From: an uncultured Chloroflexia bacterium
GTDB taxonomy: Bacteria; Chloroflexota; Limnocylindria; Limnocylindrales; CSP1-4
Length of the DNA stretch: 64,000 nt
Direction of reading: 5' to 3'
Assembly: GCA_963819655.1 (NCBI GenBank)
Contig: CAWFXA010000002.1
Location: forward strand, 704,001-768,000
The first letter of the stretch is position 1. Each line of letters begins with the position of its first letter. The translations under genes and the position numbers were made by a program. The notes under the pieces are model-generated. The model had not been told where the DNA came from and did not search any database. It saw only the letters and a program-made list of their open reading frames with translations. Below are positions 1 to 9,670 of the stretch, piece after piece.

Positions 1-1152
1 GGGCAGCATGTGGCGGCTCGCGATCTCGGCGATCGCCGGACCGTCAGCCGGCCGGGCGGCCTCGGCGGAGAAAAGGTGGTCGGTCGTCGGGAAGAACGCC
101 TCACGGACGATCGGGTTCTCGAGGATGTAGAGGAGGTCCGCCGTATATCGCCACATCTCGTGCTGCGGAGCGTGGGCGACCTCCTCGCGGAGCTGGCGCC
201 AGGCCGCCGCACGATATCGCTTGGAACGCGCAGGATCGGACGCGCGGAGTAGAGCCGCGATCGACTCGCGAACCGTGTCGTGGATGACGAGACCGTCGTC
301 GCCGAGCTCCACGAACGGCAGCGTGCCCAGTCGGTCGAAGGCATCCTGTGGAGCGGTTTCCGGAAGCATCGCGGCGAGCAGTGACAGGGTCGGCCGACGG
401 ACGACTGACGCGGCATCAAGCGCCACGCGGGTCTTCGGGTCGAGGCCGCCGAGGTAGAGGTCGGTCAGGCCGTCCACGACGGCCTTGACAGCCACAGCCT
501 CGAGACTGACGCCCGGGCGTTCGATCAGCGCCGACGCGGCGAGCCGAAGCGACAGCGGGTGTCCGCGGGCGAGACGGTAGATGCGGTCCGCATCGCCCCC
601 ATCGACTCCGGCCCGCTTGAGAAGGTCCTCGGCTTCATCGCGACGAAGATTCTCGAGCGGGAGACCCCGAAAGAGTCCGCCCAGGGCGCTTGGCCAGCCG
701 GTCATCGGCGGCTCCCGACCCGACAGGACGATCCGGATCCTGTCGGACAGGACGGGCACGAACGCCTGGCGCAGCCATGGATCAAGCAGCCGAGCGAGTT
801 CATACGTGTCGAGGACGAGCACGACCCGTTCACCGAGCTTCCCCAGCCTGGCGGCGGCGGCGTCGGCGGTGATCAGCTCGCCGCCCGTCTTGCCTTCGAG
901 CGCGGCGAGGAAGCCTCGCTCGGTCGGCTCGATCGAGCGACAGTCCAGTCGGAGCACGGTCGCCCCGACGGCCCGTGCCTCGACGCCGAACGCCTCGACA
1001 AGAGCCGACTTGCCGATGCCGGCGATGCCATGGACGAACACCACGAGAGGGCCGTCCTCGCCGAGCAACCGGCGAAGGACGTCCATCTCGTCGTCGCGCC
1101 CGACCAGCCGGGTCGCCTGCTCATCGATCAGCTGGCGAATGGTCTGGGTCAT
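1..1152 (-). CDS. AAA-ATPase (STAND-like) domain transcriptional regulator, 3' part runs off the window
   Basis: Manual translation from ATG at 1152: MTQTIRQLIDEQATRLVGRDDEMDVLRRLL...VVFVHGIAGIGKS (Walker A); absent from the ORF track, consistent with no stop before position 1. Confidence 0.8.
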   Translation of the reverse strand, partial: MTQTIRQLIDEQATRLVGRDDEMDVLRRLLGEDGPLVVFVHGIAGIGKSALVEAFGVEARAVGATVLRLDCRSIEPTERGFLAALEGKTGGELITADAAAARLGKLGERVVLVLDTYELARLLDPWLRQAFVPVLSDRIRIVLSGREPPMTGWPSALGGLFRGLPLENLRRDEAEDLLKRAGVDGGDADRIYRLARGHPLSLRLAASALIERPGVSLEAVAVKAVVDGLTDLYLGGLDPKTRVALDAASVVRRPTLSLLAAMLPETAPQDAFDRLGTLPFVELGDDGLVIHDTVRESIAALLRASDPARSKRYRAAAWRQLREEVAHAPQHEMWRYTADLLYILENPIVREAFFPTTDHLFSAEAARPADGPAIAEIASRHMLP

Positions 1153-1177
1153 CGAGCGATTCTGCGCTCTGCGTCAA

Positions 1178-1495
1178 TCAGGCCGCGATCGCGATCGAAG
1201 CCCGGGTGATCTGGCTTGGGCCCTCGAGGATCCCGAAGACGCTCGAGGTGATATTCGCGAAGTTCGGATTGGTCGCGAACGCCTTGAAGAAGTCGCTTCG
1301 GGCGAAGGCGTCCATTGCCTGACGGTCGACCCACGTGTACACGCCGCCATACGTGTTCGAAGCTTCGTCGGCGAGCCAGACCTTCGAGAGGAGCCCGGGA
1401 ACCCGGGCGAGTTCCGGGGCAAGCCCGTCACATGCGCTTCGGTAATCGGCGTCGCTTAGGTCCTTGAGGTTGAAGTTGACGACCTGGATGATCAC
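1178..1495 (-). CDS. YdhR-family putative monooxygenase
   Basis: PGLLSKVWL...TYGGVYTW motif typical of YdhR; AAGGAG RBS upstream. Confidence 0.85.
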   Translation of the reverse strand: MIIQVVNFNLKDLSDADYRSACDGLAPELARVPGLLSKVWLADEASNTYGGVYTWVDRQAMDAFARSDFFKAFATNPNFANITSSVFGILEGPSQITRASIAIAA

Positions 1496-2072
1496 GGTCT
1501 TCGCTCCTTTCGTGAGTGGTCGCGGCGTTCGCTCGCGTTACTCTCGGCCGACGTCAGTCCTGCGGGGAGTAGGAGTAGGTCCTCCCAGTGCCTCCCCGTG
1601 TTTGTCTCGGTGACCGTACGGCGGTCCAGGCCCAATGGGCTGAGCCTTCCCTGAAAAGAATCTGAAGATGATCGGTGCGCACGGCACGGTGCCCTGGCTC
1701 GTCGGCGATGGTCGAGGTGGGCTCGCGGACTTACCGGCCGATCGAAGCCGTCTGCGATCGTCAGTTGGCGGTCGGTGCGCTCAACACCCCTACCAACAAC
1801 GCTGGACTGATCCGGAGGGTCGCCTCACCTACCCCTTGCTCCACCGCCGGTGCCGGCTTCCGTTCGGGCCGTGCGCGCTCGCCCAAACCGACTGCGTAGA
1901 AGACAGCTGATCTTCGAGGCGAATCCGCCACCATCTCGGTGCTCGCTAGCGCTCAGTTAGCAGGCCTCGATCTGGCCCTAACGTGGACTTCCATCGGAGG
2001 CGCCGTGAGTGCCCTCAGTTAGCAGGGCTTCGTTCCGCCCGCTCGCCGCATCTCGGCCGAAGAACCGGTCGG

Positions 2073-3938
2073 TCACCAATCCACCAGTTTCCAGATCTCG
2101 GGCTCGAACCCTCCTTCGCCAACTTCTGCGAAGGCGATGACCGACCGGACGAGCTCGTCCTCCGCCTCTACCCGCCGGCCCATTGCCTGGAGGAGGTCGG
2201 CCCGGTTGTTGCGAAGAGCCGCCTCGCGATGCCGATCTCCCAGGATCAGGCATCGTCGAAGCGCCTCGTCGGTCAGTGCGAGTGCGCTGTCGAGGTCACC
2301 GATGGCCCGCTCGAGCAGTGCCAGGTTGTTCAGGACCGCGACGCGAGCTGCCGGATCGCGGGCCAAGCCGGCCAGGTCGAGGCTCCGCTGCAGATGGCGG
2401 CGGGCGGCCTCGAGCTCGCCCGATCGTCTTGCGAGCAGGGCCAAGAGATTCTCCGCCTGCGATTCGACCTCCGGGTCGTTGATCCGCCGGGCTTCGCGCA
2501 AGGACGCCCGGGCGAGACGCTTGGCGGAGGTTGGATCGGCCCGTCGAACTGCAACGAGGCTCCGATCCGCGAGCACGCGTGCCCTCAGGGCGGAGGGCGC
2601 CGGATCAAGCCTCGCGAGCGCCGCCGCGAGGTGGAGGTCGGCCAGTCCGAACGCGCCGCGCCTGAGATGGAGGCTGCCAAGGCGGTGCTCGAGCTGAGCG
2701 AGGTGACCAGGGTCCGTGCGGGCGGCCGCGTACTCGTAGGCAGCCAGCGCTTCGCCATACCTCCCCTCCTGCGTCGCGACGTCTCCCAGCGCCTCGTGCA
2801 CCACCACCGCCGAATCCTCGCCCAAAGCGATCGCCAATCGGTACTGCTCCGCGGCGAGAGCGAGCGCGCCCGCCGCTCGCGCCGCGTCCCCTGCGCGAGC
2901 GTGGGCTGCTGCCGCGCGACGGGTGAGGGTGCGCCGGCGCGAGACGCCGAGACGTTCAAGGACGGTCCCCGGCCGCATGCCATCGGCAAATCGGAAGCGG
3001 TCCCCTCGTTCGCCCGGTCGGGGCTCGCGCAACAGCCCCTGTCCGACGAGCTGGTCGAGGCCGGCGGTCACCTCCGCTTCGGAGCGTCCACTTACGTCCC
3101 GCGCCAGGTCCGGATCGATCTCGTCTCCCAGGACCGCACTTGCCTCGAGCAGGTCGCGCGCGATGTGGTCGAGCAGAGGGTCGTTGGTCAGACCGTTGGC
3201 GGTCGCCCCGGGCGCGGCCGGTCCAGGGGCAGTGGACAGCAAGGCGTCCCGCAGGCCCGTCGTTTCGGGGCTCGGCGCGACACCGAGCTCGGCATCGAGC
3301 AGACGAACGACCTCGCGATACTGGCGCGCAACCGCGCCGCGATCCCCGCTCGCCGCGTGGAGCTGCATCAGTGATCGGTGAGCTGCCTCGTCGAGCGGAT
3401 CGAGCGTGAGCAGACGGCGGGCCGGCCCGACCGCCTGCTGCGGCCTGCCGTCGGCCGACTCGAGAGCCACGAGTCGTCGCAGCGCGTCGGCCAGCTCCGC
3501 GCGCAGTGCCTCCGCCTCGAGGAGCTGCCACTGATCGAACGACGCGCTGTCGCGAAGTGCGAAGCCCTCGAGGAAGTCGCCACGGTAGAGGGCCACCGCA
3601 TCGGCCAGGCTCGACCGGTCGCCGGAAGACGCCCGGATGCGGAACGAGGCGACGTCGACCTGCACGCCCTCGTGCGAGAGAGCTACCTGCCGCCGATCCA
3701 CATCCAGCCACGTCCCGCCAAGGCCGGAGCGGAGGGTGCTCAACGTCCTCCGCAGCGCACCCCTTCCGCCTTCAGGATCCGCGTCCGGCCAGAGCAGCTC
3801 CGCCAGCGAATCGCGGGCGATCGGTCGGTCGACCACGGCGACGTAGGCGAGCAGCGCGATCGCCTTGCGGGTGTCCACCACGAGTGGGTGGCCGTCGACG
3901 TCGACTCGTGGGGCCCCGAAGAGGTCGATCCGGAGCAT
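2073..3938 (-). CDS. SARP/BTAD-domain transcriptional activator with TPR repeats
   Basis: N-terminal wHTH (RKAIALLAY..RDSLAELLWP), BTAD (LYRGDFLEGF..DPLDEAAHRSLM), C-terminal TPR-like helices. Confidence 0.9.
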   Translation of the reverse strand: MLRIDLFGAPRVDVDGHPLVVDTRKAIALLAYVAVVDRPIARDSLAELLWPDADPEGGRGALRRTLSTLRSGLGGTWLDVDRRQVALSHEGVQVDVASFRIRASSGDRSSLADAVALYRGDFLEGFALRDSASFDQWQLLEAEALRAELADALRRLVALESADGRPQQAVGPARRLLTLDPLDEAAHRSLMQLHAASGDRGAVARQYREVVRLLDAELGVAPSPETTGLRDALLSTAPGPAAPGATANGLTNDPLLDHIARDLLEASAVLGDEIDPDLARDVSGRSEAEVTAGLDQLVGQGLLREPRPGERGDRFRFADGMRPGTVLERLGVSRRRTLTRRAAAAHARAGDAARAAGALALAAEQYRLAIALGEDSAVVVHEALGDVATQEGRYGEALAAYEYAAARTDPGHLAQLEHRLGSLHLRRGAFGLADLHLAAALARLDPAPSALRARVLADRSLVAVRRADPTSAKRLARASLREARRINDPEVESQAENLLALLARRSGELEAARRHLQRSLDLAGLARDPAARVAVLNNLALLERAIGDLDSALALTDEALRRCLILGDRHREAALRNNRADLLQAMGRRVEAEDELVRSVIAFAEVGEGGFEPEIWKLVDW

Positions 3939-3954
3939 CTTCGCGAATCTCTCC

Positions 3955-4060
3955 CGTACCGATTCCCGAAGTGATGATCGGGCCCGTTGGCGGAATGATG
4001 CAGCCAGGATGCCGCGAAATACCCCACCAACGTGCGAACCTTCGTAACGATTCCCGAACG
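3955..4060. promoter_or_regulatory. Repeated motif CGTA(A/C)CGATTCCCG(A/G)A in divergent promoter; third copy at 8795-8812
   Basis: CGTACCGATTCCCGAA 3955-3970, CGTAACGATTCCCGAACG 4043-4060, CGTAACGATTCCCGGACG 8795-8812; all lie just upstream of genes. Confidence 0.55.
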
Positions 4061-4083
4061 GTGCCGTGCGAGAACTACTACCG

Positions 4084-5658
4084 ATGACCGCTTTCAGCCA
4101 GGCCTTTCGCCGCGTCTACCGCCGTCGGACCACCCGATCCGCGGCCGGGAACGCGGTCCCAGGCTTCGTGCCGCAGGTCGACCGCACCGCGCACGTCGAG
4201 ATCGCCGAGAGCGACCCCCTCCTCCCCTTTCTCCAGGCCTCGCCCGGCGCCGTCGACCTCCAGGCACTGGAGCTCGAGTCCCCGGCCCTGCACGAGCTGC
4301 GGGCAGCCGGCGTCCGGATCGTGGTGCCCCTCGTCACCCACGGCGAACTCATCGGGACGCTCAATCTTGGGCCACGACTCAGCGAGCAGGAGTACTCGAC
4401 CGACGATCGGAAGCTGCTCGAGAACCTCGCCTCCCAGGCAGCGCCCGCGCTGCGCGTGGCGCAGCTTGTTCGCGAGCAGGAGGCGGAGGCACGCGAACGC
4501 GAGCGCCTCGACCAGGAACTGAGGGTGGCTCAGCTCATCCAGCAACACTTCCTGCCGCTGACTCTGCCGCAGCCGCCCGGCTGGACCATCCAGGCTCACT
4601 ACCGGCCGGCACGCGCCGTGGGCGGGGACTTCTACGACATGGTCGAGCGCCACGACGGAACGCTCGCGTTCGCCGTCGGCGACGTCACGGACAAGGGGGT
4701 GCCAGCGGCGATGGTCATGGCCGCCACGCGGTCATTCCTTCGCGCCGCCGGACAAGAACAGGCCTCGCCCGGCCTCGTCCTGGCACGTGTCAACGACCTG
4801 CTTCACCCGGACATGCCGCCCCGGATGTTCGTCACTTGCCTATACGGGATCCTCGATCCGTCGTCGGGCCGGGTCACGTTCGCGAATGCGGGTCACAACC
4901 TGCCCATCGTCTGCGGCATGGGCGCCACGCAGGAGCTCCGAGCGACTGGCATGCCATTGGGGCTCCTCCCGGGCATGCGCTATGAGGAGACTGAAGCTCA
5001 ATTGGAACGCGGCCAGCAGATGGTCCTCCATTCCGACGGCATTTCGGAGGCGCACGACCCGAATCGCGAGATGTTCGGGATTCCCCGGCTCCGCGAGGTG
5101 CTCGCCGGCGGCGAAGGCGGCGATCGGATGCTGGGCAGCGTCCTCCAGGAGCTCGAGCGATTCACCGGACCCGACTGGGAGCAGGAAGACGACATCACGC
5201 TCGTCTCGCTCGGTTGGCACGCCGGCGGGCTGCTGGCCGCGTTCGAGCTGCCCAGCGAGACGGGCCGCGAGCGCGAGGCGATGGAGCGCGTCGCGACCGC
5301 CGTCGGGTCGTTGGGCCTGGCTCCGGCGCGCATCGAGAAGCTCAAAACGGCCGTCGCCGAGGCGACCATGAATGCGATCGAGCACGGCAACAGGAATGAG
5401 CCGGAACGCCCGGTGAGAATCACAGCCGAAGTGACCGACGGCGACCTCGTCGTCCGGGTGCAGGACGAAGGAGCCGCCACGCCGATCCCGATCGTGGAGA
5501 CGCCCGACATCGGGGCGAAGTTGAGCGGTGAACAGAGCGCCCGCGGCTGGGGCCTGTTCCTGATCCAGGAAATGGTCGACCAGGTTCGGATCACCACCGA
5601 AGGACCCCATCACGTTGTCGAGCTCCTGCTCCACCTCGAGGAGGCATCCGATGCCTGA
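4084..5658 (+). CDS. Partial GAF + SpoIIE/PP2C phosphatase + anti-sigma (HATPase_c, RsbW-like) fusion
   Basis: VGGDFYD, GDVTDKGVPAA, SDGISEA, EDDITL (PP2C); EATMNAIEHGN and RGWGLFLI (RsbW-like kinase); start could be 4066. Confidence 0.9.
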   Translation: MTAFSQAFRRVYRRRTTRSAAGNAVPGFVPQVDRTAHVEIAESDPLLPFLQASPGAVDLQALELESPALHELRAAGVRIVVPLVTHGELIGTLNLGPRLSEQEYSTDDRKLLENLASQAAPALRVAQLVREQEAEARERERLDQELRVAQLIQQHFLPLTLPQPPGWTIQAHYRPARAVGGDFYDMVERHDGTLAFAVGDVTDKGVPAAMVMAATRSFLRAAGQEQASPGLVLARVNDLLHPDMPPRMFVTCLYGILDPSSGRVTFANAGHNLPIVCGMGATQELRATGMPLGLLPGMRYEETEAQLERGQQMVLHSDGISEAHDPNREMFGIPRLREVLAGGEGGDRMLGSVLQELERFTGPDWEQEDDITLVSLGWHAGGLLAAFELPSETGREREAMERVATAVGSLGLAPARIEKLKTAVAEATMNAIEHGNRNEPERPVRITAEVTDGDLVVRVQDEGAATPIPIVETPDIGAKLSGEQSARGWGLFLIQEMVDQVRITTEGPHHVVELLLHLEEASDA

Positions 5659-5986
5659 CCAATTCAATGTCGTCATTCGCGCTGAAGACGGCGTGCCCGT
5701 CATCGACCTGGAAGGCGAGATCGACGGCGAAGCCGAGGCCGCTTTGTTGGACGCCTACGACCGGGCCGCACGGGGCGTGAACCGCCTTGTCCTCAACTTC
5801 GGCCCGACGCACTACATCAACAGCACCGGTCTTGCCGTCATCGTCCAGATCCTTGCCCGTGCCCGTGCCGCGGGTGTCGCCGTCCACGGGTTCGGACTCA
5901 CCGACCATTACCGCCACATCTTTGAGATCACCCGACTCGCCGACTTCGTCGAGCTCCATGCCGACGAAGCCAGCGCAATCGCGTAG
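5651..5986 (+). CDS. STAS-domain anti-sigma factor antagonist
   Basis: YINSTGL phosphorylatable Ser motif; GGAGG RBS; overlaps upstream stop. Confidence 0.9.
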   Translation: MPDQFNVVIRAEDGVPVIDLEGEIDGEAEAALLDAYDRAARGVNRLVLNFGPTHYINSTGLAVIVQILARARAAGVAVHGFGLTDHYRHIFEITRLADFVELHADEASAIA

Positions 5987-6013
5987 GCCGTCACGACAGA
6001 GGAGGGAGGACCT

Positions 6014-6364
6014 ATGAATCAGACGCACTCACGGCTCGATGTCCGGCGGGCGTCCGAAGCCGCCGCCGTTATCGGCATCCGGGGCGAGTTGACCGGCGCG
6101 ACCGAGACGCCGTTGATGGACGCGTACGCGCGGGCGAGCGACCCGATGACGCGGACGATCATCCTCGACTTCACCGAGCTGGAGTACATGAACAGCACCG
6201 GCATCGGGTTGCTCGTGACGCTGCTTGTTCGCGCCCAGCGCCAGCGCCAGCGCGTCCTGGCTTTTGGGCTATCGGAGCACTACCGCCAGATCCTGTCGCT
6301 GACCCGCCTCGACGAGGCGATCGCCGTTGTCGGATCGGAGGCCGAGGCCATCGCCGCCGGCTGA
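6014..6364 (+). CDS. STAS-domain anti-sigma factor antagonist
   Basis: LDFTELEYMNSTGIGLLV motif; GGAGG RBS. Confidence 0.9.
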   Translation: MNQTHSRLDVRRASEAAAVIGIRGELTGATETPLMDAYARASDPMTRTIILDFTELEYMNSTGIGLLVTLLVRAQRQRQRVLAFGLSEHYRQILSLTRLDEAIAVVGSEAEAIAAG

Positions 6365-6391
6365 CGGCCGGCTCGGCGAGCTTCCGCGGCG

Positions 6392-7561
6392 ATGATCTCC
6401 CGGCGCTCGGCTCTGGCGGCGACGCTGATCGCGGTCTGCGGCCTGATCGGATTGGCCGCCATCGCGACCGCTCCATCGGCAGAGCTTCCGGTCTTCGCGC
6501 TGATGGCGCCGTCGTTCGTTGTCGCGCCGGCGGTGGGCGGTCTGATCCTGATAAGGCAGCCGGAGAATCGGGTCGGTTGGCTGTTCTGCTTCGTCGGTTT
6601 CGGTATCGCGGCCACCCTTGGTGTAGGGATCCTCGTGCAGACGAGCCTTTCGGTGCCTGCGGCATTGGCCCTCGTCGGCGGATGGATCGGACAATGGGTG
6701 TTCCTGCTCTTCGTCGTCCCCGCAGGGTTCCTGTTTCTGACCTTCCCGACCGGACGGCTTCCGTCCCGCAGATGGCGTCCCGCGGCCATCGCCCTCCTCT
6801 GCAGTGCCCTCGCCGCCGGCGTGGGCGCGGCCTTTGGACGCTCCGCGCTCTCCGGCAGCGAGCGGCTATTGGCCAATCCATTCGCGGCGCCGGAGATGAT
6901 CCGGCCGTACCTGCTCGTCCTGGGCGACGTAGGCGCGACCGCCCTTGGTCTAACGCTGATACCAGTCGCCGCCGCGATCGTGCTCCGCCTCCGCGGCGCT
7001 CAGGGGATCGAGCGTCTTCAGCTCAAGTGGTTCGCCTTTGCCGTCGTCGCGACGCTCGGCGTCGCCTTGTCACTCGGAGCCCTACCGTCGCCCTTCGCCG
7101 AATGGTCCTTCGGCGCGGTTGTCATCGGCTTCGGTGTGGGCTTGCCGGCGGCAGCGGGCGTCGCCATCCTCCGTTACCGGCTGTACGACATCGACGTCGT
7201 CATTCGCCGCACGCTCGTCTACGGCATGGTCGTCGCGATCCTGGGCGCCACATACGGCGCGCTCGTGCTCGGGTTGCAGGCTTTGCTGAGTGGGCTGACC
7301 GGGAGTGAGACCATTCCGGTCGCCCTCTCGACGGTGACGATCGCCGCCCTCTTCGGCCCGCTCCGGAGACGGGTCCGGGACGCCGTCGACCGACGGTTCT
7401 ACCGCTCGCGCTACGACACGCAACGGACCCTCGAGACGTTCTCCGCCAGGCTGCGCGACGAGGTCGTGCTCGACTCCGTGAGCATCGCGCTCGTGGATAC
7501 AGCGGGGCGAGCCGTCCGGCCGGCCTCCGCCGGCGTCTGGATCCGGGAGCGTCGCGCGTGA
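6392..7561 (+). CDS. Polytopic membrane protein resembling a sensor-kinase input module, without a catalytic domain
   Basis: Multiple TM segments; QLKWF, AILRYRLYDIDVVIRRTLVY and DRRFYRSRYD motifs; ends RPASAGVWIR. Confidence 0.8.
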   Translation: MISRRSALAATLIAVCGLIGLAAIATAPSAELPVFALMAPSFVVAPAVGGLILIRQPENRVGWLFCFVGFGIAATLGVGILVQTSLSVPAALALVGGWIGQWVFLLFVVPAGFLFLTFPTGRLPSRRWRPAAIALLCSALAAGVGAAFGRSALSGSERLLANPFAAPEMIRPYLLVLGDVGATALGLTLIPVAAAIVLRLRGAQGIERLQLKWFAFAVVATLGVALSLGALPSPFAEWSFGAVVIGFGVGLPAAAGVAILRYRLYDIDVVIRRTLVYGMVVAILGATYGALVLGLQALLSGLTGSETIPVALSTVTIAALFGPLRRRVRDAVDRRFYRSRYDTQRTLETFSARLRDEVVLDSVSIALVDTAGRAVRPASAGVWIRERRA

Positions 7562-8799
7562 CCGCCCATAGTGTGCTGGCCCGCATCGCCCTCCCGCTCG
7601 CCGCGGTAGTCGTCGTCGCGTGCGTCGCGATGTTGACGTTCGCGGTCGTGTCGCTCTTCCTCCCCGGCACCGAGCTCCTCCCCAACCGGCCGGGCATCGC
7701 GGACTTCCTCTCGCTCCTGGCGATCATCCTGGCGTTCCCGATCGTCGGGCTGGTGATCGCCTCCAGGCGGCCGAGCAATCCCGTGGGCTGGCTATTCCTC
7801 GTCGTCGGCGTGGTGATGGCGCTCGATATCTTCGCCGGCGAGTATTCCGGGCGGGTCGCTTTCGCGGGAGCCCCGCTGCCTGGCGGCGCGCTCCTGGCGT
7901 GGCTCTCAGACTCGTTCTGGATCCTCGGTCCAGCAGTCGCGCTGCCGTTGGCCATCGCGCTCTTCCCGGACGGCCGCTTGCCGGCCTCTCGCTGGCGCCC
8001 CGCGTTGATCGTTGCCGTCGCCTTGTCGGTGGTGGTGACAGCGCTGGGCGCTCTCGCCCCGGGCGACCTCCTGGGCTACGAGGGACACTTCGTCAACCCC
8101 TTCGGGGTCGGCGGTGAAATCGGACGGTTGGCCTCGTGGGCGTCGAGGTCCGGCGGGACCCTGCAACTGCTGCCGACCTTCATCGCGATCGCCGCCATCG
8201 CGGTACGCCTCCGGCGTGCTGAGGGCGCCGAGCGTCAGCAGCTGAAGTGGCTGCTGTTCCCGCTCGCCGTCTTCGTGCTGACGATCTCGACGGGGTTCGC
8301 CGTCGTCGTCTCAGTGCCGCCGGCGTCTGCCGATGACTTCGTATGGATCTTCACAGTCGCACTCGTGGCGCTGGGCGTCGTTCCGATCTCGGCCGGCATC
8401 GCGATCCTGCGCTACCGGCTGTATGACATCGACGTCGTGATCCGACGGACGGTGGTGTACGGCGCCGTCGTGGCGATCCTCGGCATCTCGTACATCGCTC
8501 TCGTCGTGGGACTCCAGAGCGCGCTCTCGCAGTTCAGCGGCAACGACACCCTGCCGGTCGCTCTTTCGACACTCATGATCGCGGCCCTCTTCGGGCCGGT
8601 CCGGACGCGAGTTCGCCAGATCGTCGACCGGCGGTTCTACCGATCGCGCTACGACGCCCAGCGCACGGTCGAGGCCTTCGCTGGCCACCTCCGCGATGAG
8701 GTCGAGCTGGACGCGGTCCGCCAGGCGCTCGCGACCTCGGTCGGCGACGCCGTCCGGCCGGCGTCGATCGGAGTATGGCTGCGGCCTCGGAGCCCGTAA
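7558..8799 (+). CDS. Paralogous polytopic membrane sensor-like protein
   Basis: Same motifs as the upstream gene (AILRYRLYDIDVVIRRT, DRRFYRSRYDAQRT); ends RPASIGVWLR; GTGA overlap. Confidence 0.8.
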   Translation: MTAHSVLARIALPLAAVVVVACVAMLTFAVVSLFLPGTELLPNRPGIADFLSLLAIILAFPIVGLVIASRRPSNPVGWLFLVVGVVMALDIFAGEYSGRVAFAGAPLPGGALLAWLSDSFWILGPAVALPLAIALFPDGRLPASRWRPALIVAVALSVVVTALGALAPGDLLGYEGHFVNPFGVGGEIGRLASWASRSGGTLQLLPTFIAIAAIAVRLRRAEGAERQQLKWLLFPLAVFVLTISTGFAVVVSVPPASADDFVWIFTVALVALGVVPISAGIAILRYRLYDIDVVIRRTVVYGAVVAILGISYIALVVGLQSALSQFSGNDTLPVALSTLMIAALFGPVRTRVRQIVDRRFYRSRYDAQRTVEAFAGHLRDEVELDAVRQALATSVGDAVRPASIGVWLRPRSP

Positions 8800-8856
8800 C
8801 GATTCCCGGACGCTTGGCGCCCACGATCCTCGCATCCGTTACCGAGGGATTCCGAC

Positions 8857-9612
8857 ATGACCGGCGATCAGGCCGAGCCTCCTATCGACGGAGCCGCGCC
8901 CCACAGCAACAGGGCTGGTTGGGCAGAGCCCATCGACCGTCTTACCCTCACCGATCCCGCCTCGGGCGGCGTCGCCTCGACCGTCGTTGGGAGGCGGGTG
9001 GCGGGCCCAATCCAAGGCTTCGGCCAGATGTGGCAGAAGACATTCCGCGTCCGCCTCTCGGCCGACCCCGAGCTCACCCCGGAACAGGTCGTCGCCACCT
9101 GGAAGGAGGAGTTCCCGACCTTCTGGCCTAAGGGCAATACGTTCTACGCTCCGCTCGCCGGCATCCAGCCCGGTGAGGTCGCGCTTCTCACGACGGGATT
9201 GGGCCCCGCCAAGTTACATACCGGTGTCCTCGTGGTCTATGCGGACGATGAGGCCTTCACGCTGATGACCCCCGAGGGGCACATACTGGCCGCCTGGATC
9301 ACGTTCAGCGCCTTCCGGGCGTCCGACGGGATCGTCGTCGCCCAGGCGCAGGCCCTGGAGCGGGCAAGCGATCCGCTGTTCGAGATGGGGCTCATGCTGG
9401 GTGGACACGGGGTGAACACCCGCTTCTGGACGGCGACGCTGGGTAACGTCGCCACCCGCTTTGGCAGCCCGCCCGATGTCGAAACCGAGGTCATCTGCGT
9501 GGACAAGCGCCGCCAGTGGCGCCAGGTCGGCAACGTCCGCCACAACGCGGGCTTCCGCTCGATGCTCCACCTGGCCGGCGCTCCGGTCCGCTGGGTCCGT
9601 CGTCGCCCCTGA
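8857..9612 (+). CDS. Conserved hypothetical protein (possibly SRPBCC/DUF1990-like fold)
   Basis: 251-aa ORF with globular composition (GPIQGFGQMWQKT..FTLMTPEGH). Confidence 0.65.
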   Translation: MTGDQAEPPIDGAAPHSNRAGWAEPIDRLTLTDPASGGVASTVVGRRVAGPIQGFGQMWQKTFRVRLSADPELTPEQVVATWKEEFPTFWPKGNTFYAPLAGIQPGEVALLTTGLGPAKLHTGVLVVYADDEAFTLMTPEGHILAAWITFSAFRASDGIVVAQAQALERASDPLFEMGLMLGGHGVNTRFWTATLGNVATRFGSPPDVETEVICVDKRRQWRQVGNVRHNAGFRSMLHLAGAPVRWVRRRP

Positions 9613-9670
9613 CGTCGGGACGTGGTGACGCGATGGCCCGGGTCCCCCTTCGGTCTCGAGTCGCGCCGCA

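Noticed and set aside
1983-3374. Long antisense/alternate-frame ORFs (e.g. 1983-3374, 14524-15993, 16909-17937, 30968-31954, 54899-56392)
   Set aside because: They shadow well-supported genes on the opposite strand, lack recognisable motifs, and are expected in high-GC DNA
8795-8812. ATTCCCGGAC similarity between the BTAD-linked motif and the reverse complement of the cassette repeat
   Set aside because: Only about 10 bp are shared, the flanks differ, and it lies outside the element; better explained as a separate regulatory motif
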